A DNA stretch of 64,000 nt from Minisyncoccota bacterium (lineage in GTDB: Bacteria > Patescibacteriota > Minisyncoccia > Phycocordibacterales > SBAW01): contig DASZRD010000007.1 in the NCBI GenBank assembly GCA_035549255.1, forward strand, positions 1,104 to 65,103, read 5' to 3'. Positions within the stretch are counted from its first letter, which is position 1; the number at the start of each line of letters is the position of its first letter. Made by a program: the position numbers and the translations under genes. Positions 59,530 through 64,000 of the stretch are shown in pieces. Below the pieces are notes generated by a model, which saw nothing but the letters and a program-made list of their open reading frames with translations, did no database searches and was not told where the DNA came from.

Positions 59530-62500
59530 TTATTTTTGCTTGTCGCCGAAGTTATTCTTGGTCGAATTCGTACCGGAATCGACTCTCACGATATTGGGAG
59601 AATCTGTCTCCTTCCAGCCGTTCTGCACTATTTCACTAAGGGTGTACTTCCCTACCTTAAGACCGGTGAAGCTGTAGTTGCCGTTGGCATCGGTAGTAGT
59701 GGTTACCGTACCATAAGGCCCCTTGAGCTTGACGGTCCAGCCGGCGAGACCTGCTTCGCCTTTATCTTTGTGGCCATTCTTGTTCTTGTCGTTATAGACC
59801 GTACCGGAGATAGAGCCCAGCTTGAAGGTTCCGAAGTCTTTATTGCGCGCGATCTGCCCCGCCGCTAGAGCAAAGGTGTAGACGCCGCTCGAAGGATACG
59901 TTTCGATCGAGCCGGTCGGTACTATTTCGCGGACGTGATACGTACCCGCCGCAAGACCGAGGAAGCTGTAGATGCCATGCTTGTCGCTTACCGTGGTCAG
60001 CTCTCCGGTATCCCAGTGGCCATTGTTATTGGTGTCCAAGTAGACCGTAACATTGGGCACGGCAACCTCCCAGCGGGTTTCGAACGAAGAGCCGTCGCCG
60101 TCCCAATCCTCGAAGGTGGTACCGCGGATCGCACCGAGCTTGGTATTTTTGGTGTTGGTGAGCGTGCACGAGAGGTTGTCGCCGGCATCAAGCACTACCG
60201 AGGTGCAGGTAGAGTCGGTCTGAGTCCAGCCCGATTTTGAAGTCTCAGTGACCGTATATGTGCCCGGCGCCAGGTTCGAGAATGTCTGGCTGCCCACGCC
60301 GCCCGCGGTCGTTATCTGGAAGTTGCCGATGCCGTTCGTGCCGTTGAAGTTGAAGGTGTCATTCCCGCCGATAGTGTCTTTGTAGACGGTAAGCGTCGCG
60401 GTCGTCGGGCACGACGCATTGTAGACGATCACGTACGCATCGCTGGTGAGGCCGTCGGTAAATGCCGCCGTTGAGGAAGTCGCATTTTGCGCCGCATCAG
60501 CGAAATTTACGAGGCTTGTCTTGTAACCTTGCAATAGATATTTGCCGGGCGCGCAGGACGCGAGCGAGGAGACTACCTCACTTGAAGGATCATCCACTAT
60601 TTCGTTCGTAGAATAGGTCGCGCCCTGCGACATCGCGGCCGTGTCAGCGCCATACGCATCTGTTGCGCCGCCGAAGTTGTCGCCCAGGGTGTACGAACCG
60701 GAGCCTGAACCGATGTTAGAAGCGCTCCAGCTGGATTGCATCGGGAAAAGATAGTTGTTTGCCGATGCCGCAGTTGCCTCGCTTCCATCGAGATACTTGA
60801 GTATGTGCACCTTCACGGTAGATGCGGGCGCGCAGGTGTCATTCCACACAATGACATACTCGTTGCTTGCGAGATTAGAGAAGTTGGGAGGGGTCGTGCT
60901 CTGGTCAGCTGCCAGTGCAGCCGCGAAGGTAGGGCCACTGGAGTAGCCTATCAATTCGTAGGGATCAGCACTGCAGTCGGCGCCTACAACCGTGCCGGAG
61001 GTATCTTCGTTAGTCGTATAAGTTGAGCCGGCATCCATAGCGGCAGTTACTGCCTCGTATGAGTCGACGGGGCTAAGCGCGTAGGTGCCGCTGCCTGCGC
61101 CGCCAATATTGGCCGCATTCCAAGAAGAAGCCATCGGGAAGGAAGCTGTCGCGGCGGTAGTGCTCGCCGCAACACCATCGATAAACTTATCGATGGTAAC
61201 CGTGTAGGTTGAAGGCGCCGCCGTGTAATACGTTACAAGGCCAAGATTGGGATGGTCGAGCTGATCGATGATCATTCCATCCTCGGTGGTGCGCTGCGTT
61301 GCGTTCATAGCATCGCCAGTAAGGCCGCCGAATGTCGCTCCGATAGCGTTAACGGGAGCAGTTTGATAGTTAGCAATATCCGTATGAGCATCTCCGCTGA
61401 ACGCTATATGCGTAAGGTCGAGCGTCGTGCCGTCGCTCGTAACGGTGTTGGCGGGAGTGGCATACGTAGCCTCATTCGCGTCGTCGTCGCCTTCGATATG
61501 AATCCCGGCGCCGTTGCCCGCGCCACCGCCATTTCCCGAAATAATATTGGAGCCAGTGAAGTGTACGCCGCTTATATTGGCGCTTCCGCCAATCGATGTC
61601 GGGCTATTATCGTTGCCAATAGTGTAGAACGAGATCCCCGTCCAGCCGTTGTTGCTGGCTGTGATGTTATTGAAGGTAATGTCGCTGCTGGGCGTCGCTT
61701 GATCGCCGGCCGTATACGCGGCCGTAACCGCAAACCCGTTCTTATGGAAGCCGTCCGCGGTAACCCCATCGATCAGCACGTGGCTGGTCGTATTGATATC
61801 CACGCCGCCGCCCGTATTGCCACTGCCGCCGTTGAAGGTGTCGTCGGTAAGCGTGAGCCCGTCGGCCTTGTACGCCTTGAACGCATACGTCGTGGCCGGA
61901 GAAGCATTCACGGTAATGCCGCTCATGGCAAACCCGGTTGCAACATTTCCCGGCTCATCAAGATCAAAGCCGTACCCGGAATCGAGATTGAGAATGACCG
62001 AGCCGGTTCCCTTGATCGTAAGGTTGCCCGTGGCGATCACGACATTGCCGCTATAAGTGCCCGCGGCAACATTGACGGTGCCGCCCGTCACGACGGCGTT
62101 GACGCCGTTTTGGAAGGTGTCGATCGGCCCGAGCGGGTCGCCCTGCGCGCCCGCGGCGCCGGTGGTCGCAACGGTCACTGCCGTACGATTGGCCGCGGTA
62201 TAGCCTTGATCCTGAACGGACCAGCCGGCGTTCGCGGTGCTGAGCGCCAGGATTGCGCTTTGCGTCGCCAAGGGAGCGGTGCCTCCGGGGTAAGGGTTGC
62301 TATGGACCGTAGTCCCGTCCCAATTTCCATTAAGATGAAGGTTCATCCCCCAATCGTTGCCATAGAGCCCTTGCGTATTGCCCGAAATCGTAATACCGGT
62401 GCCGTCGGTATACTGGACCGAAATGCCCGACTTGGAGTTGTCGATGACGTTATTGGTCACTGAACCGGTAGTATTCCGGCCATCGATAAGGATATCGTTG

Positions 62501-62997
62501 CGGAGATTGGCAATGGTATTGTTGGTGATCGTAAAACCCGTAAAGCCATTCTTTACGACAATGCCGCGGGTTATATTGCTGCCCCACGGATAAGTCGTAT
62601 AAGACTGATCAGCAGGCCCCTCGATATCGAAGCCCTGGATCGTTACATTATTCGCATTGATGGTGAATCCATTGGAGCTTGCGCCGTCGGCGACGACAAG
62701 TTTGGCGCCAGTCGCACCGGTAATAGTGACAGGCGTTGAAATGATGACATCTTCCGTATACGTTCCTGCCGCTACATTGATGGTATCTCCGGAGGACGCG
62801 TGATTTACCGCAGCCTGGATAGTGCAGTACGGCGGCGTAGTCCCCGTATCATCGCACGTACCGCTATTGTCTACGGTTAAGGTGCTTGCCGAAGCAAGAG
62901 CTGGTAATACGAGAAATGCGAGACCGACCAGTGCTGAAGAGACCCCAGGAATGTATCGCTTCATACGGTTACAGAATATTAAATTGTTAATTAACAC
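59530..62997 (-). CDS. large secreted surface protein: right-handed parallel beta-helix repeats plus two C-terminal Cna-B/SdrD-B-like domains
   Basis: 1155 aa. The N-terminal signal peptide is MKRYIPGVSSALVGLAFLVLPALASA. NNxIxNxxxxGI-type PbH1 repeats are present, and there are two copies of ...DANGNYSFTGLKVGKYTL..-type beta-sandwich domains. Confidence 0.7.
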   Translation of the reverse strand: MLINNLIFCNRMKRYIPGVSSALVGLAFLVLPALASASTLTVDNSGTCDDTGTTPPYCTIQAAVNHASSGDTINVAAGTYTEDVIISTPVTITGATGAKLVVADGASSNGFTINANNVTIQGFDIEGPADQSYTTYPWGSNITRGIVVKNGFTGFTITNNTIANLRNDILIDGRNTTGSVTNNVIDNSKSGISVQYTDGTGITISGNTQGLYGNDWGMNLHLNGNWDGTTVHSNPYPGGTAPLATQSAILALSTANAGWSVQDQGYTAANRTAVTVATTGAAGAQGDPLGPIDTFQNGVNAVVTGGTVNVAAGTYSGNVVIATGNLTIKGTGSVILNLDSGYGFDLDEPGNVATGFAMSGITVNASPATTYAFKAYKADGLTLTDDTFNGGSGNTGGGVDINTTSHVLIDGVTADGFHKNGFAVTAAYTAGDQATPSSDITFNNITASNNGWTGISFYTIGNDNSPTSIGGSANISGVHFTGSNIISGNGGGAGNGAGIHIEGDDDANEATYATPANTVTSDGTTLDLTHIAFSGDAHTDIANYQTAPVNAIGATFGGLTGDAMNATQRTTEDGMIIDQLDHPNLGLVTYYTAAPSTYTVTIDKFIDGVAASTTAATASFPMASSWNAANIGGAGSGTYALSPVDSYEAVTAAMDAGSTYTTNEDTSGTVVGADCSADPYELIGYSSGPTFAAALAADQSTTPPNFSNLASNEYVIVWNDTCAPASTVKVHILKYLDGSEATAASANNYLFPMQSSWSASNIGSGSGSYTLGDNFGGATDAYGADTAAMSQGATYSTNEIVDDPSSEVVSSLASCAPGKYLLQGYKTSLVNFADAAQNATSSTAAFTDGLTSDAYVIVYNASCPTTATLTVYKDTIGGNDTFNFNGTNGIGNFQITTAGGVGSQTFSNLAPGTYTVTETSKSGWTQTDSTCTSVVLDAGDNLSCTLTNTKNTKLGAIRGTTFEDWDGDGSSFETRWEVAVPNVTVYLDTNNNGHWDTGELTTVSDKHGIYSFLGLAAGTYHVREIVPTGSIETYPSSGVYTFALAAGQIARNKDFGTFKLGSISGTVYNDKNKNGHKDKGEAGLAGWTVKLKGPYGTVTTTTDANGNYSFTGLKVGKYTLSEIVQNGWKETDSPNIVRVDSGTNSTKNNFGDKQK

Positions 62998-63166
62998 GCT
63001 TTATTGTAGCGGCATCCAAAATGAACCCGACATGAAAGATGGTCGTTTGCGTGTGCATAAGTCTCTTTTCAAACATTCGAGATTGCCTGCCGACCTTGCG
63101 TCAAGATATGCGCACGGCAGGAATGCCGCGGGCGCATGCTCCTTTCATGCTAGGATAGCCCTATAT

Positions 63167-63721
63167 ATGGAGGGCCTGCCCAGCTCTATCACACTGACGA
63201 TCGCCGTGCTTACCGTATTCCTGGTATTCATTACCGCACTCAAATACGGCATCGAGGACAACTTCAAGCGCACGCGCCTCATCATGACGGCGTTCTTCCT
63301 CTTTATCGTGGCGACGCTCACGATCGCCTTCCGCCAGTACACGATGGCGACGCTCCCCTTCAGCGCGCCCGCGTTCCTGGTCGGCGCGGCGATCGGCTAC
63401 TTCGTCGGCGTGAGAACGGCGCAGGAGAAGCTGATGGCCCAGGGCGCCGCGCACTATATGGAGCATTTCGCGCATGTGCGCTTCGAGGATTTGCAGGCGT
63501 TCAATTGGTGGGCGCTCGTCAACTTCTATTCGGTCATGAGCGCGCTCGTACTCATCAACCTTGTCGGGCTTTCAACGGTGATCTTCCGCCAGGCGGAGGG
63601 CTGGGCAATCGGGACGAGCGCGCTCGGCGCGCTCCTGCTCGGCACTATAGCGCCGTATCTCCTTCACCTCTGGAGCATCAGGACGACGCAGGCCACAAGT
63701 AAGACGACCAACGAAGCGTAG
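63167..63721 (+). CDS. hypothetical membrane protein
   Basis: 184 aa with ~5 TM helices. The start was trimmed to an internal ATG because the upstream part of the track ORF is antisense to the surface-protein gene. Confidence 0.4.
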   Translation: MEGLPSSITLTIAVLTVFLVFITALKYGIEDNFKRTRLIMTAFFLFIVATLTIAFRQYTMATLPFSAPAFLVGAAIGYFVGVRTAQEKLMAQGAAHYMEHFAHVRFEDLQAFNWWALVNFYSVMSALVLINLVGLSTVIFRQAEGWAIGTSALGALLLGTIAPYLLHLWSIRTTQATSKTTNEA

Positions 63722-64000
63722 AAGATTCCCCGCCCCCATTTCTTGGCCCTAGGCGAGGGGTCATGTGCGATAAAGAGTGGCACGCCGGCGGCGGTATATT
63801 CCGGATACCGGTACGTGGCGATCGCCAAAAAGTGCGGGATCTGCCAGAGATACATCGCGGTAAAGAGCGCCCAAGCATACCAATCGAGGCTGCCGGTAAC
63901 GGCGAGGTAGCCGGCCATGGGCGGCGTGGCGCCCGCGACCGCGCCCACGAAGAGCGCCCAGGGGCTCACGGGCTTCAGCGGCGTATAGAGAAGCACATAG
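63664..64000 (-). CDS. ctaB: protoheme IX farnesyltransferase (heme O synthase, UbiA family), 3' portion only; gene continues past window end
   Basis: C-terminal ...YLWQIPHFLAIATYRYPEYTAAGVPLF... matches CyoE/CtaB. The N-terminus lies outside the window. Confidence 0.65.
   Translation of the reverse strand, partial: YVLLYTPLKPVSPWALFVGAVAGATPPMAGYLAVTGSLDWYAWALFTAMYLWQIPHFLAIATYRYPEYTAAGVPLFIAHDPSPRAKKWGRGIFYASLVVLLVACVVLMLQR

Noticed and set aside
61252-62463. 403-aa plus-strand ORF
   Set aside because: It is antisense to the large beta-helix surface-protein gene. Its Arg/Gly/Ala-rich composition is typical of a GC-rich antisense frame.
62822-63166. N-terminal 115 codons of plus-strand ORF 62822..63721
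   Set aside because: It is antisense to the 5' end of the surface-protein gene (signal-peptide region). The membrane-protein-like sequence only begins at the internal ATG at 63167.

Overview
This is a high-GC (~60%) bacterial chromosomal segment with almost every gene on the minus strand. Its features suggest a small streamlined genome, possibly CPR/Patescibacteria-like: a short AlaRS lacking the C-terminal domain, an archaeal-size AspRS, shortened ATP synthase epsilon/delta subunits and many small membrane proteins. That lineage call is an inference.

Content in order:
- ABC-2 transporter, a DUF378 protein, an M23 peptidase and gltX.
- A partial cell-wall/division block (murG-ftsW-mraY, a D-Ala-D-Ala carboxypeptidase, scpB/scpA) and an M29 aminopeptidase.
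- aspS, trpS, then a chaperone operon grpE-dnaK-[ABC exporter]-dnaJ.
- A ~1 kb low-GC islet holding a DUF2335 protein and a tRNA 3'-end-like motif.
- A ribosomal/RNAP block: rpsI-rplM, rplQ-rpoA-rpsD-rpsK-rpsM-rpmJ-infA.
- An actin-like ATPase plus a bitopic membrane protein, a truncated alaS, and a divergently transcribed M13 peptidase.
- A DNA-repair cluster (ung, MGMT-like, Cas4-like Fe-S nuclease), MgtC, an ATP-cone/Mrr-type endonuclease fusion, mnmA and mltG.
- A 457-aa orphan membrane protein beside a sigma-region-4 + tandem HARE-HTH protein.
- leuS carrying an inserted Nudix domain, ychF, an RND efflux pair (MFP + pump) and tRNA-Ala(GGC).
- A complete but compact F-type ATP synthase operon (atpB-E-F-H'-A-G-D-[30-aa peptide]-C).
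- A 1155-aa beta-helix/Cna-B surface protein and the partial 3' end of a heme O synthase gene.

No CRISPR array, transposase or integrase was seen. The ORF track uses permissive start codons (ATT/TTG etc.), so many N-termini are over-extended. Starts were trimmed only where an internal ATG and neighbour spacing supported it. Long plus-strand ORFs antisense to clear genes are treated as artefacts of the high GC content.
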